Assembly (NCBI GenBank): GCA_034520965.1
Contig: JAXHMY010000008.1
Location: forward strand, 32,001-96,000
Origin: Spirochaetia bacterium
Lineage (GTDB): Bacteria > Spirochaetota > Spirochaetia > DSM-16054 > Sediminispirochaetaceae
DNA: 64,000 nucleotides
Direction: 5' to 3'
Under the pieces are notes generated by a model, which was given only the letters and a program-made list of their open reading frames with translations, was not told the DNA's origin and did not search any database. The position numbers and the translations under genes are program-made. Position 1 is the first letter of the stretch. Each line of letters begins with the position of its first letter. This document shows, in pieces, positions 30,656 through 40,420 of the stretch.

Positions 30656-31651
30656 TTAAGAAAATATTTTAGCCACTGATGTAACCGCTGAAGTATCAAT
30701 GGATCCCCCCAAATTGGAGAGAACAAGACTGCTTCCATATGCGGCAGCTTCGGCGGCTGTTCTGTCTGTCGTTCCATGCAGTATTCCCGACAGATAAAAA
30801 GCTGCGTACGCATCACCGGCACCGGTAGAGTCAAGTACCTCGGTTTTATGAGGGGGTATCTCCAGAAAACCGGTCCTATGATAGATGGAAGAGCCCGCAG
30901 CCCCTTTTTTTACTACAAGAGTACCATTGGCAAGTTTCGACCTAATTTCCTCGTACCCTATTTCCAGGGAACCAATTTCTTCTTCAGTACCGAATAAGTA
31001 GGTAGTATGTGGGAGCACCGTGCTTACTATAAAGTCTCTGTTGTGCCTTACCAGTGGCGGAGCCCCTAAATCTACTGCTATCGTTGCTCCCGAGTAACGC
31101 TGCCAGTCACATACCTCTTGCAGCAGTCGGTGCCGTGGAAGCAAAAATCCTTCTACATATATGAGATGCGGATCTAACTTTTTCAGTAAGCCCTCCTCAG
31201 GGTCCTGCAGTTTTACGGCTGCCGCTGGATTGACGATTAACAACCTCTGTGCACTCTGGTAGAGGTATAGGCTGCGTCCGCAGGGCTGATCATTATAAGT
31301 GTGGGTGTAATCAATAATCCCATGGTTCTTCATCTCTTGATAAAAAAATTCTGCTGTGAGAGGGGGGGTATGTAAAATAGGAGTCTCTCTACCGCCTAAA
31401 GCACCGATAAAACCTGCGGAATGACCAAGTTGGGTTAAAATACGGATTGTATTAAAGGCACCTCCACCGGGAATAACCAGTTTGGGCTTTACGCAGGTGA
31501 GAAGTTGTTCAAACACCGAATCTTCTACATGGAAGGTTTGGCCCCAGGCAGCAGAGTCTACGTAGTGTCGTATACAGGATAGTTGCCGATTATCAATAGA
31601 GGAATACATATCAAAGATCGGATTACCTATACCGAGTAGTGTAGTGTTCAT
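30656..31651 (-). CDS. PfkB family carbohydrate/adenosine kinase
   Basis: GIGNPIFD, PGGGAFN, DSTGAGDAY. Confidence 0.9.
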   Translation of the reverse strand: MNTTLLGIGNPIFDMYSSIDNRQLSCIRHYVDSAAWGQTFHVEDSVFEQLLTCVKPKLVIPGGGAFNTIRILTQLGHSAGFIGALGGRETPILHTPPLTAEFFYQEMKNHGIIDYTHTYNDQPCGRSLYLYQSAQRLLIVNPAAAVKLQDPEEGLLKKLDPHLIYVEGFLLPRHRLLQEVCDWQRYSGATIAVDLGAPPLVRHNRDFIVSTVLPHTTYLFGTEEEIGSLEIGYEEIRSKLANGTLVVKKGAAGSSIYHRTGFLEIPPHKTEVLDSTGAGDAYAAFYLSGILHGTTDRTAAEAAAYGSSLVLSNLGGSIDTSAVTSVAKIFS

Positions 31652-31720
31652 CTTGCCTATTATAGAGTTCCTTTTCTTTCTTGACCACAGGGGGCAAACT
31701 CCCGTACTCTAACACAGGAG

Positions 31721-32332
31721 GTGAGTGTGGGGGACTTAAAATATTTTCAGGAAATACCGACCGAGCGGCTTAGAGAGCAGATTGTAGAGCAGCTCAAGCT
31801 TCACTACGCACATGACAACTTATCGGTTGAGGAATTTGAGCAGCGGCTTGAGCGTGCTTCCGCGGTAGAAGAAAAGTTGGCCTTGTTGGAAATTGTAAAT
31901 GACTTACCGTCAATTTCGGAGAGCAGCTATACTGCCGAAATGAGCGGGGAGAGGTATGCCTCCCTAAATATGGGAGAGGTTCGACAGCAGCAGAATCTAG
32001 TGGCTATCTTCAGTGGCACTGAACGCAAGGGAGTTTGGTACCCAGCTCGAAATATTAAAATTTTTGCTACCTTCGGCGGAATCGACTTAGATTTTACCCA
32101 GGCTATGCTCCCGCCGGGAGATACCTATATTGATGCAATGTGTGTCTTTGGCGGAGTGGATATTATTGTACCGGAAGGGGTGAATGTAGAGGTCAGCGGA
32201 GTACCTATATTCGGAGGAATCGATAATAAATATGGCGATCGCCGCCTGCCGGGTGCTCCAACCCTGCATGTAAACGGCTTCGCGCTATTTGGCGGGATAG
32301 ATGTAAAACCTGCTAAAAAACGACGCCGATAA
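31721..32332 (+). CDS. DUF1707 plus LiaF-like C-terminal domain protein
   Basis: REQIVEQLKLHYAHDNLSVEEFEQRLE followed by repeated FGG motifs (FGGIDLD, FGGVDI). Confidence 0.75.
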   Translation: MSVGDLKYFQEIPTERLREQIVEQLKLHYAHDNLSVEEFEQRLERASAVEEKLALLEIVNDLPSISESSYTAEMSGERYASLNMGEVRQQQNLVAIFSGTERKGVWYPARNIKIFATFGGIDLDFTQAMLPPGDTYIDAMCVFGGVDIIVPEGVNVEVSGVPIFGGIDNKYGDRRLPGAPTLHVNGFALFGGIDVKPAKKRRR

Positions 32333-32428
32333 ACAATCTTACCGGCATATATGCCTGTAATAGCTGTTTCAGTGTTTTCTTGGCCGACGAATGGCTAAGT
32401 AAGTGGTTATATGGTAAATTTAATACGG

Positions 32429-33373
32429 TTAGCTGTCGAGCTCTGGAAAGGGAGATCTCCATTGCCAGCCTGTTTGCCCTGTACTTCGATAGTGTTCGAG
32501 GCGTCGAATGGTCAGCTCGGCAAATATTGGGTCAATATCACTGGTATAGCAGCTGCGCTGCAGTCGCTCGGCAGCAATTAAGCTGGTGCCGCTGTGACAA
32601 AAAAGATCGCCCACTACCTGTGCTTCCGGTGCAGAATTAAGTAATCGTTCAATAGCACGAAGTGGTTTTTGGGCGAACGCTCCCGGAACATTTTCCTCCA
32701 TCCGGTAAAAAACCTGTTGAATATCGAGCCATACATTGCCGGGTCGAATCGTGTCGGATAAGCTGCGCTGCATATTTTCAGTTCGGATACCCTGCACCGT
32801 TTTATAATACCCTTTTAATACTTTGGGGATGTCGGTATAGCATACTTGAAACTGGGGATCCGCTTTTACATAGTAAAGCAGCTCCTGGCGCACTGCCATC
32901 CAGTTTTTCTGCGTACCGTAACCGCGCTGGTTTCTCAGTGTGATAAAACTGCGCGATTTAAGTGAGGTGAATTCCCGCATCATTAACATAAAATCCGGCA
33001 GAGGCTGGAACCCGTTTTTCTGATCCGCACCCAGCCATATATAAAAGTGGGCGTTTGGGGCAAGTACCTCAATCGCATTCATAACCCAGGCTTTTGAAAA
33101 GTCTATATACCCATCAAGGGATTGTGCTGAGAGGGCTGAGGTCTGCTTTCCGCCAACAGAAAAGTTATAGGGCGGATCATTGACCATCAGGTCCACGTTG
33201 CGGCCATCAAACAAGCGGTTGAGGTCCTCTTTTTTGGCTGCATCAAGCACTCCTACTCGGTGGCGCCCTTCAGGATCCTCCCACACCTCGCCTTTTTCTA
33301 AACGGCAATACTGTAATAGTCTCTCTCGTAGTTCCGGGTTACTGTCAAGTCGAGGGAGGGTCTCTGAAGTCAT
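32429..33373 (-). CDS. site-specific N6/N4 DNA methyltransferase (beta class), orphan
   Basis: DPPY motif IV precedes AQKP and motif I-like DLFCHSGTS. Confidence 0.85.
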   Translation of the reverse strand: MTSETLPRLDSNPELRERLLQYCRLEKGEVWEDPEGRHRVGVLDAAKKEDLNRLFDGRNVDLMVNDPPYNFSVGGKQTSALSAQSLDGYIDFSKAWVMNAIEVLAPNAHFYIWLGADQKNGFQPLPDFMLMMREFTSLKSRSFITLRNQRGYGTQKNWMAVRQELLYYVKADPQFQVCYTDIPKVLKGYYKTVQGIRTENMQRSLSDTIRPGNVWLDIQQVFYRMEENVPGAFAQKPLRAIERLLNSAPEAQVVGDLFCHSGTSLIAAERLQRSCYTSDIDPIFAELTIRRLEHYRSTGQTGWQWRSPFPELDS

Positions 33374-33407
33374 GATCCCACTTTACCTGAAATCCCTGGG
33401 CTGTGCA

Positions 33408-34673
33408 TCACAGGGAGACTGAGGCTTCTGGGAAGCGCAGGGTAGCAAAATAATCATCTATCGTCTCAGCCCTCCGAATCATCCGAAAGCTTCCATCATC
33501 ATGGAGCAGCACCTCCGCTGAGCGCAGTTTCCCATTGTAGTTAAATCCCATTGCATACCCGTGGGCTCCGGCCTCATGCAGTGCTACTAAATCACCCTCT
33601 TCCAACTTCGGCAGGGAGCGGTCGACGGCAAACTTGTCATTGTTCTCGCAGAGCGATCCGGTCACGTCGTAGACATGGTCATGAGGTTGATCCTCTTTGC
33701 CGGGAACCGAAATATGATGGTAGGCCCCGTAGACCGCCGGACGCATCAAATTAGCCATGGACGCATCCAAGCCTGCATAGTCCTTGTACTTCTTGCTTAG
33801 GTGGCGGACTCTGCTTATCAGATAGCCGTGAGGTCCGGTTATAACCCGGCCGCACTCCATGACAATCCGCATCGGATCCAGGCCGGCGGGTTTAAGAATC
33901 TCTTCATACAGTTTCTGCACTCCCCGAGACACGTATTCAAGGTCTACTGGTTCTTCTTCGGGTTTATAGGGAATACCGACACCCCCTCCGAGATTGATCA
34001 TTTCGATCCGTACTCCGACCTCTCTCTGCAGATCCGCCGCCAGTTGAAAAAGCATACGGGCGGTTTCAATAAAGTAGTCCGGATTCAGCTCGTTGGAAGC
34101 TACCATGGTGTGCAGGGCAAACTTTTTAACTCCCTTCTCTTTCATAATTCGATAGGCCTCAAAAATCTGCTCATGGGTAAGGCCGTATTTTGCCTCAGTC
34201 GGTTCCCCGATAATTGCATTACCGGTACGCCGGTCACCGGGATTGTAGCGGAAACAGATAGTGTTGGGAATTCCGGCATGCTGCTCCAGATAATCAATAT
34301 GGGTAATATCATCGAGGTTGATTATTGCACCCAGATCTTTCGCGCGCTGATACTCTTTTGCTGGGGTATCATTCGAGCTAAACATAATATCTTCTCCACA
34401 GATACCGACTTTATCGGTCATCTCCAGTTCCGGCAGGGAGCTGCAGTCGGAGCCGAAGCCCTCTTCTTTCAATAGCTGCATGATGGAGGGGTTAGGACAG
34501 GCCTTTACAGCAAAGTAGTTTTTAAAGCCTCCGGGAACCCAGTCGAAGGCCTTGTTCATGTAGCGGGCTGTTTCTCGTATAGCCTTCTCGTCGTATAGGT
34601 GAAAGGGAGTCGGAATTTCAGCCGCGATCTCCTCTAATTTTTCTCGGGAAAATGGAAGTGTCTTGTCACTCAT
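33408..34673 (-). CDS. lysA: diaminopimelate decarboxylase
   Basis: PTPFHLYDE, FAVKA, NLGGG, ECGR, GSLCENND, MGFNYN. Confidence 0.95.
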   Translation of the reverse strand: MSDKTLPFSREKLEEIAAEIPTPFHLYDEKAIRETARYMNKAFDWVPGGFKNYFAVKACPNPSIMQLLKEEGFGSDCSSLPELEMTDKVGICGEDIMFSSNDTPAKEYQRAKDLGAIINLDDITHIDYLEQHAGIPNTICFRYNPGDRRTGNAIIGEPTEAKYGLTHEQIFEAYRIMKEKGVKKFALHTMVASNELNPDYFIETARMLFQLAADLQREVGVRIEMINLGGGVGIPYKPEEEPVDLEYVSRGVQKLYEEILKPAGLDPMRIVMECGRVITGPHGYLISRVRHLSKKYKDYAGLDASMANLMRPAVYGAYHHISVPGKEDQPHDHVYDVTGSLCENNDKFAVDRSLPKLEEGDLVALHEAGAHGYAMGFNYNGKLRSAEVLLHDDGSFRMIRRAETIDDYFATLRFPEASVSL

Positions 34674-34703
34674 GGATTATTCTCTCCTTCAAGGTCTATG
34701 TAG

Positions 34704-35933
34704 TTATAACGTAAGGTTGTCTGTAATAGTGGTAACCGCCGCTCCAATATCTTCGCGGTGACCGAAAGCGCTCAGCCGGAAGTACCCTTCGCCCCCCGGA
34801 CCGAATCCAACACCAGGTGTACCGATAACACCCGTCTCCTGCAGCAGCTTATCAAAAAACTCCCATGAGCCCAGGTTATTGGGGGCTTTCAGCCAGATGT
34901 ACGGGGCGTTATCTCCGCCGAAGGCGGTCATGCCGATGGACTGCATGCCCCGACGTATAATACGGGCATTTTCCATATAGTACTCGACCAGCTCGCGACT
35001 TTCTTTCAAGCCCTGCTCGGTAAACACCGACAAGGCTCCTTCCTGCACAATATTGGAGGCGCCGTTAAAGAAGGTGCTCTGACGACGGTTCCACATGCTG
35101 CGGACCTCATCCGGGCGACTGTCTTCGACGGTAAGAGCAGAAGGCACCACCGACCAACCGAGCCGCACTCCGGTGAAGCCGGCGAACTTGGAAAGGCTGT
35201 TAATCTCGATGGCACACTCTTCGGCCCCTTCGACTTCATAAATTGTCTTTGGAAGAGCATCATCCTCAATATATTCTGAGTATGAGGCATCGTAGATAAT
35301 CACCGCTTTCTGTTTCCGGGCATAGTCGACAAAGCTTTTTAGTTGAGCATGGGTGGCAACCGCGCCGGTCGGGTTGTTCGGGCTGCAGAGGTAGATTATA
35401 TCCGCTTTTTCGCTCGGTGGAGCGGGAATAAAGCCGTTCTCTTCGTTACAGGGCATGTACAGCAGGCCTTTGTAACGTCCCTCTTCAGGGATATGCTCGC
35501 CGGTTCGGCCGCTAATGACATTCGAGTCGACATATACAGGGTAGGCAGGATCCTGCACCGCCACTACATTATCAAGTGAAAAAATCGACTGAATATTCCC
35601 CGAGTCGGGTTTGGCGCCGTCACTGATAAAAAATTCCTTCGGGTCCAGATGTACCTTGCGCCTCTGATAGTATTCCGCCAGTTTTTCTCGAAGGCGGCTG
35701 TCTCCCTGCTCATCTCCATAGCCGCTGTAGGTCTCACGCTTTGCCAGTTTATCTACTCCCCGGTGCAGCCCTTCAAGAACCGTTGCGGTGAGAGGTTCGG
35801 TGGTGTTTCCTATTCCCAGCTTTCGGATCTTGGTTTTTGGATATTCCTGCACATATGCTTCGGTTCTGCGTGCAATCTCAGGAAAAAGATAGCCCGCTGC
35901 TAATTTTCGGTAGTTGCTGTTAATTCTCGCCAT
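34704..35933 (-). CDS. dapL: LL-diaminopimelate aminotransferase
   Basis: GYLFPEI, CSPNNPTG, SLSKFAGFTGVRLG, TPGVGFG..GEGYFRLSAF. Confidence 0.95.
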   Translation of the reverse strand: MARINSNYRKLAAGYLFPEIARRTEAYVQEYPKTKIRKLGIGNTTEPLTATVLEGLHRGVDKLAKRETYSGYGDEQGDSRLREKLAEYYQRRKVHLDPKEFFISDGAKPDSGNIQSIFSLDNVVAVQDPAYPVYVDSNVISGRTGEHIPEEGRYKGLLYMPCNEENGFIPAPPSEKADIIYLCSPNNPTGAVATHAQLKSFVDYARKQKAVIIYDASYSEYIEDDALPKTIYEVEGAEECAIEINSLSKFAGFTGVRLGWSVVPSALTVEDSRPDEVRSMWNRRQSTFFNGASNIVQEGALSVFTEQGLKESRELVEYYMENARIIRRGMQSIGMTAFGGDNAPYIWLKAPNNLGSWEFFDKLLQETGVIGTPGVGFGPGGEGYFRLSAFGHREDIGAAVTTITDNLTL

Positions 35934-36152
35934 TCATTCTGCTCCTTTGTGAGTTATGGGCTGGGTACTAAGCGGTGTCAATGCCCTCATTAGTAAAACT
36001 ACACTAGCAAAACCTGCAAGCGGCATATTTCTGCGCATGCAGAGAACTTTTGCCTGCAGGTAAAGTGTAGCCCTGGTGTGTGCAGGGTGCCCGGATTTCT
36101 GATACCCGGATTTCTCATAAGAGCTAAGCTCTCGAAAGCCAAGCTCCAGTTA

Positions 36153-37052
36153 TTATTGCGCCTTGGGTGCTCCAATTCTATCCAGAATCCCTTCTAAAGT
36201 ATTGTAGTGGGACTCGTCGGAGAAACTGCACATAGGAAGACGGAAGCTTTCTTCACACCATCCACGCATAGCCATGGCAGTTTTGATGGGAATCGGGTTC
36301 GTCTCTAAAAAGAGCGCCTTAAAGAACTCCATCAAGCGGTCTTCTTCCTTCTGCGCCTGGTCAAAGTTACCATCCAATGCGGCATGCACAAAATCAACCA
36401 TTTGACGGGGGATAAGGTTAGAAGCCACAGATACTACTCCATCACCGCCGGCCCGTAATAGACTCAAAGTCATATTGTCGTCGCCCGAGAGTACACTAAA
36501 ACCGTTGGAACGATTTTGAATGACCTCTTTCATTTGGTCAAGACTGCCGGAGGCTTCCTTGACGCCCTGAATATTGTCACAGTCGTTCATAAGTTTTACC
36601 AGTGTAGGAGTTTCAACATTTATTCCTGTCCGGCCTTTAATATTATATACCAGCACGGGTAGATCAACTGCATCTGCAATAGCCTTAAAATGAAGATAGA
36701 GGCCTCGTTGGGTTGGCTTATTGTAATATGGGTTTACCTGCAGCAGCGCATCGACTCCTGCCTCCTGGGCGTGTTTTGAGAGTCTGATGGCTTCGCTGGT
36801 AGCGTTACTTCCGGTTCCCGCAATAACCGGTACTCGTCCATTTGCATACTTTACCGTTAATTCGATAACTTGGTCGTGTTCTTCATGTGAAAGGGTGGGG
36901 CTCTCACCGGTGGTTCCACAGGGAACTAGTCCGTCGATTCCATTTTGAATTTGGTCTTCGATAATGCGTTGTAGTCCTGCTTCATCCACATTTCCTGTTT
37001 TAGTAAATGGGGTTATTATGGCTGTATATACACCTCTAAATGGTCGGTTCAT
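36153..37052 (-). CDS. dapA: 4-hydroxy-tetrahydrodipicolinate synthase
   Basis: GTTGES, PYYNKP, YNI.GRT, GVKEASG, SGDD, TNPIPIK. Confidence 0.97.
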   Translation of the reverse strand: MNRPFRGVYTAIITPFTKTGNVDEAGLQRIIEDQIQNGIDGLVPCGTTGESPTLSHEEHDQVIELTVKYANGRVPVIAGTGSNATSEAIRLSKHAQEAGVDALLQVNPYYNKPTQRGLYLHFKAIADAVDLPVLVYNIKGRTGINVETPTLVKLMNDCDNIQGVKEASGSLDQMKEVIQNRSNGFSVLSGDDNMTLSLLRAGGDGVVSVASNLIPRQMVDFVHAALDGNFDQAQKEEDRLMEFFKALFLETNPIPIKTAMAMRGWCEESFRLPMCSFSDESHYNTLEGILDRIGAPKAQ

Positions 37053-37179
37053 ACTCTTCTCCTTGTTTATTAAGTGATCTTATGTACATTCTAACTCATA
37101 TGTGGTATAATGTCTATATGTTAACATCAAGTTTTTATTGTAACATATTGTTTAATAAATGGAGTAGGCAGGTATATAG

Positions 37180-37845
37180 ATGGAATCGGTAAGCAGTATG
37201 GTTAAAAAGCTGCTGAAGCAAAAACCCTTCTTATTGGAGGCTTTCGAAAGAGGTATTCTTAGTTATGGGAGTTTAGCTGAAGAGTTTAAACCCCTTATTG
37301 AACAATCTCTGAATAAAGAAGTAAAGGAATCGGCCATTGTTATGGCCTTGCGGCGGTATGCGGATGATGTCCAGCGCAATACACCGGTAATACGTGAAAA
37401 CCGCCTGTCTTGTGAAATTGTGATGAAGACTAATATATGCGATTTTAATATGCGCAAAACCGAGAACTTACTGCCGAGGTTGAAAGAGTTGTACGGAATT
37501 GTAAATCTGGGTCGTGGAGACTTTCTAAATGTAACCATCGGGAATGATGAGATCAGTATTGCGGTGAGTGACAAATATGAGAAAGAAGTACGAGATTTTT
37601 TAGGAGAGCAGGAAAACCTCGATTTTAGAGACGGATTGGTTTCTCTTACCCTCATTTTTTCAGGCGACTTTTTGCATACCCCCGGGGTTGTGTTTCAGGC
37701 GCTCAGAAAATTAGCCTGGGAAAATATTAATGTGTACGAAATTATTTCGACTATGACTGAGCTCACTGTAGTGATAGAGCGCTATGATTCCACAAGGGGA
37801 TATGAGGCGCTGCAGGAGTTTATTGAACGTCCGATTAAGTGGTAG
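37180..37845 (+). CDS. ACT-domain protein with N-terminal helical (HTH-like) region; putative regulator
   Basis: ILSYGSLAE...AIVMALRRY N-terminus; C-terminal ACT TPGV...NINVYEIISTMTEL. Confidence 0.7.
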   Translation: MESVSSMVKKLLKQKPFLLEAFERGILSYGSLAEEFKPLIEQSLNKEVKESAIVMALRRYADDVQRNTPVIRENRLSCEIVMKTNICDFNMRKTENLLPRLKELYGIVNLGRGDFLNVTIGNDEISIAVSDKYEKEVRDFLGEQENLDFRDGLVSLTLIFSGDFLHTPGVVFQALRKLAWENINVYEIISTMTELTVVIERYDSTRGYEALQEFIERPIKW

Positions 37846-37846
37846 C

Positions 37847-38038
37847 TTAAGTCATAGTGGTATTCGCTTCGTCCTTGTTCAGGGGACGGGGCTCCACTTT
37901 AATTTCTATGGTGCCGTCGGCATCGGTGTCATGAAGTGCATCAACTATGCCGACAATAATATTTTCCATAATTTGGTGTACAAACTTATTAGTGGGCACC
38001 CTTTTCCCGTTCACTTTAATACTCACTTTGCGTTCCAT
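37847..38038 (-). CDS. small protein resembling the C-terminal domain of long MobB proteins
   Basis: VSIKVNGKRVPTNKFV..IMENIIVGIV; overlaps the end of mobB. Confidence 0.55.
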   Translation of the reverse strand: MERKVSIKVNGKRVPTNKFVHQIMENIIVGIVDALHDTDADGTIEIKVEPRPLNKDEANTTMT

Positions 38039-38544
38039 ATTTCCTCCAAAAATTTAACTATAAGTTCAGGCTCCTCAGCCGGTAAAATTTGGGTATTTCC
38101 ACTTAGGGCGGTAGGACCTATCCCAGTATGAGATCCGTCGTGTTCTGCGGTCGCAATATAGGCAGTAAGTGTTTCTTTTGGAAATTTTGTTTCCGGCAGT
38201 TGTTCTGCAGAGCTGATTAGTTCGAAGCAGGGTATTCCCGGCAGCATGATTCCCTCTATGAGCAGAATTTCACAGTTCTGAAAAGCAGATAGCAGTTGTT
38301 CAAAGGAGGGGGTGGATTTGAATCTGATAAACCCTCCATGATCAGATAAATAGGCAACCTGTTCTGCTCCGTTTTGGAAAAAGAGATCGGTATCCTTGCC
38401 TGCTGTTTCAAAACTGGGGGGTGAATGACCCCGTTTAATGGTTCCAACTTTTAGTCCTCGAGCGGTGTACAAGCTTGTAAGTTGTGTGATGAGATGGGTT
38501 TTACCGGTATTTGACCAACCAACGAAAGATGCTGCATACTGCAT
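38023..38544 (-). CDS. mobB: molybdopterin-guanine dinucleotide biosynthesis protein B
   Basis: VGWSNTGKT Walker A, VGTIK, GKDT, ILLIEG. Confidence 0.8.
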   Translation of the reverse strand: MQYAASFVGWSNTGKTHLITQLTSLYTARGLKVGTIKRGHSPPSFETAGKDTDLFFQNGAEQVAYLSDHGGFIRFKSTPSFEQLLSAFQNCEILLIEGIMLPGIPCFELISSAEQLPETKFPKETLTAYIATAEHDGSHTGIGPTALSGNTQILPAEEPELIVKFLEEIWNAK

Positions 38545-38587
38545 ACTATACAGAACAGTGTAGGTTTTAAGGAGAAATATTGCAATT

Positions 38588-39097
38588 GTGCGACGCATAA
38601 TTATAATCACCGGACCGGTGAACAGCGGAAAAACAAGTTATCTGCACAGGTTAACCACCAATTATAAGCGGGAAGGGTATATCGTTGGAGGAATAACGGC
38701 CGAGGCTTTATATGAAAAGGGTCGGAAAATCGGCTACGACGTATGTGATCTTATTTCAAAACAGTGCTGTCCATTAGTAAGGAGCTCGGAAACAGCTGAT
38801 CATATGAAGGCAGCCGCAGGCGTCCAGCATGTCGGTCGCTTTGTGCTGCTTGAATCGGGCTTGGACTTTACCCGTCGCTGCATACAAGCTGCGGCCGGCG
38901 TTGATATAGTCTGTCTTGATGAAGTTGGTCCTTTAGAAATGGACGGCAGAGGCCATAGGCAGGTGTTGGATACGCTGCTTGCGGATTTTAAGGGTACTCT
39001 TCTGGTGGTTGCCCGGGACATAGTGTCGGATGCACTGATGATTATGGCAGAGAAGCAGGGGTGGATAGCTGAAAAACAATTCCCGAGTTCGTCCTAG
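38588..39097 (+). CDS. nucleoside triphosphatase (THEP1/DUF2478-like)
   Basis: ITGPVNSGKT, VGRF, LDEVGPLE. Confidence 0.8.
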   Translation: MRRIIIITGPVNSGKTSYLHRLTTNYKREGYIVGGITAEALYEKGRKIGYDVCDLISKQCCPLVRSSETADHMKAAAGVQHVGRFVLLESGLDFTRRCIQAAAGVDIVCLDEVGPLEMDGRGHRQVLDTLLADFKGTLLVVARDIVSDALMIMAEKQGWIAEKQFPSSS

Positions 39098-39148
39098 CGT
39101 GCGGCGGTTAACCGCCGCCACGCTACCAAAATGCCAACGGCATTTTGG

Positions 39149-39373
39149 CTAACGGCGCTTTATGCGTACTCTAAACTGAGTTTCTGCGATATCACATGCG
39201 ATTTTAACAGAGTCTTCGGGATTACGGGTTGAGACAAGTTCAACCATACCTTCATTCGGTCGAATTGTGATGCTTTTGATGGAATCGACCGTTTGTAATG
39301 CTTTTTTGAAGGTGTCGGCATTTGCAGCACTCAATTTGTCTATAAGATAATAGTAAGTTTTTTCCTTGGCCAT
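39149..39373 (-). CDS. small hypothetical protein (HMA/ferredoxin-like fold possible, no CxxC)
   Basis: ORF from MAKEK with purine-rich upstream sequence. Confidence 0.55.
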   Translation of the reverse strand: MAKEKTYYYLIDKLSAANADTFKKALQTVDSIKSITIRPNEGMVELVSTRNPEDSVKIACDIAETQFRVRIKRR

Positions 39374-39593
39374 AATTAGACTATACACATCCTTTTTGAA
39401 GGTGTCAAAGACTTTTAATTTGTCACAGCTTTGTAAGAGCTTTTCAAGCCCACATGACTATAATTTTCATCAAAGACCAAATAAAGTCGCTTACCTGTGA
39501 AAATACATCAAAATATTTGAAAAAACTTGAAAACTCGCCACAATAGCGTTACTCTTTCTTTGTAAACTATAAAACTTAGTTAGGAGTTGATCT

Positions 39594-40193
39594 ATGAAAA
39601 AGAGTATTTTACTGATTACCGTTGTACTCGCCGTAGCTTTGCTATTCTCCTGTGCTGGTGACAAAGAAAGTGCACCGCAACAGCCTGAGCAGGAAAAAAC
39701 AGATACGTCAAATTTACCGGATTTTGTTATGAACCCACCACTAGCTTCGGATGCAATCTACGGGGTTGGGTATGCAAAACAGTCCTCTCTGCCCCTCTCT
39801 ATAAAAGTAGCAGAGGCCAATGCACGAGCGGATATAGCGAACCAGATTGATGCACAAATTAAGAGTGCTGTAACCTCTTACGCCCAGGAATCAGGAGTTG
39901 GAGATGATACACAGTTAATTGAGTTTGCCGAAACCATTACACGTCAGGTAACTGATACTACCCTCAATGGTGCGATTACTCAGCAGCGTCATCCAATGGA
40001 AGACGGTGGTGTATGGATCCTGATGGTCTACAACAAAGAGAGTATGCTTAGTTCCTTTGAAGAAGCTGCCAAGAGTTTTGAGCGCAGCGAAGGGGCGGAA
40101 TTTGCAGAGTTCAAAGCCGATCAGGCTTTAGAGCGTTTGGAGTATGAAACCGAGAATAACCCGACCAAGTCGAACCCGGTAAAGGGAGAGTAA
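39594..40193 (+). CDS. LPP20-like lipoprotein
   Basis: Lipobox LFSC; IYGVGYA...AEANARADIA. Confidence 0.75.
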   Translation: MKKSILLITVVLAVALLFSCAGDKESAPQQPEQEKTDTSNLPDFVMNPPLASDAIYGVGYAKQSSLPLSIKVAEANARADIANQIDAQIKSAVTSYAQESGVGDDTQLIEFAETITRQVTDTTLNGAITQQRHPMEDGGVWILMVYNKESMLSSFEEAAKSFERSEGAEFAEFKADQALERLEYETENNPTKSNPVKGE

Positions 40194-40214
40194 CTCCGAA
40201 ATAAACTCTTTATT

Positions 40215-40253
40215 AAAGAAGGCCCCTTACAGCATGTAAGGCGGCCTTCTTTT
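40215..40253 (+). terminator. Rho-independent terminator
   Basis: AAGAAGGCC..CTTAA-like stem pairing with GTAAG.CGGCCTTCTT, followed by Ts. Confidence 0.7.
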
Positions 40254-40420
40254 GTTATGTGCCACCAAACCAACCTACGAAAGGTCTTGAATTTGAAAAC
40301 AGGCGTTTCAAAACAGGTTTTTTTGAAATGCTTGGATTTTTGAAAACGCATGGTTAGAAATTGTTATGAATGTTTGCTATACTCTTATCCAGCACATATA
40401 CAAAATAAAGAGAGTATTAA

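Noticed and set aside
35934..36152. Lysine riboswitch upstream of dapL
   Set aside because: Conserved L-box sequence motifs not recognised, and a promoter-like element lies downstream of the structure
40285..40350. CRISPR array (GTTTCAA/TTGAAA resembles repeat ends)
   Set aside because: No regularly spaced identical repeats with spacers, and no cas genes
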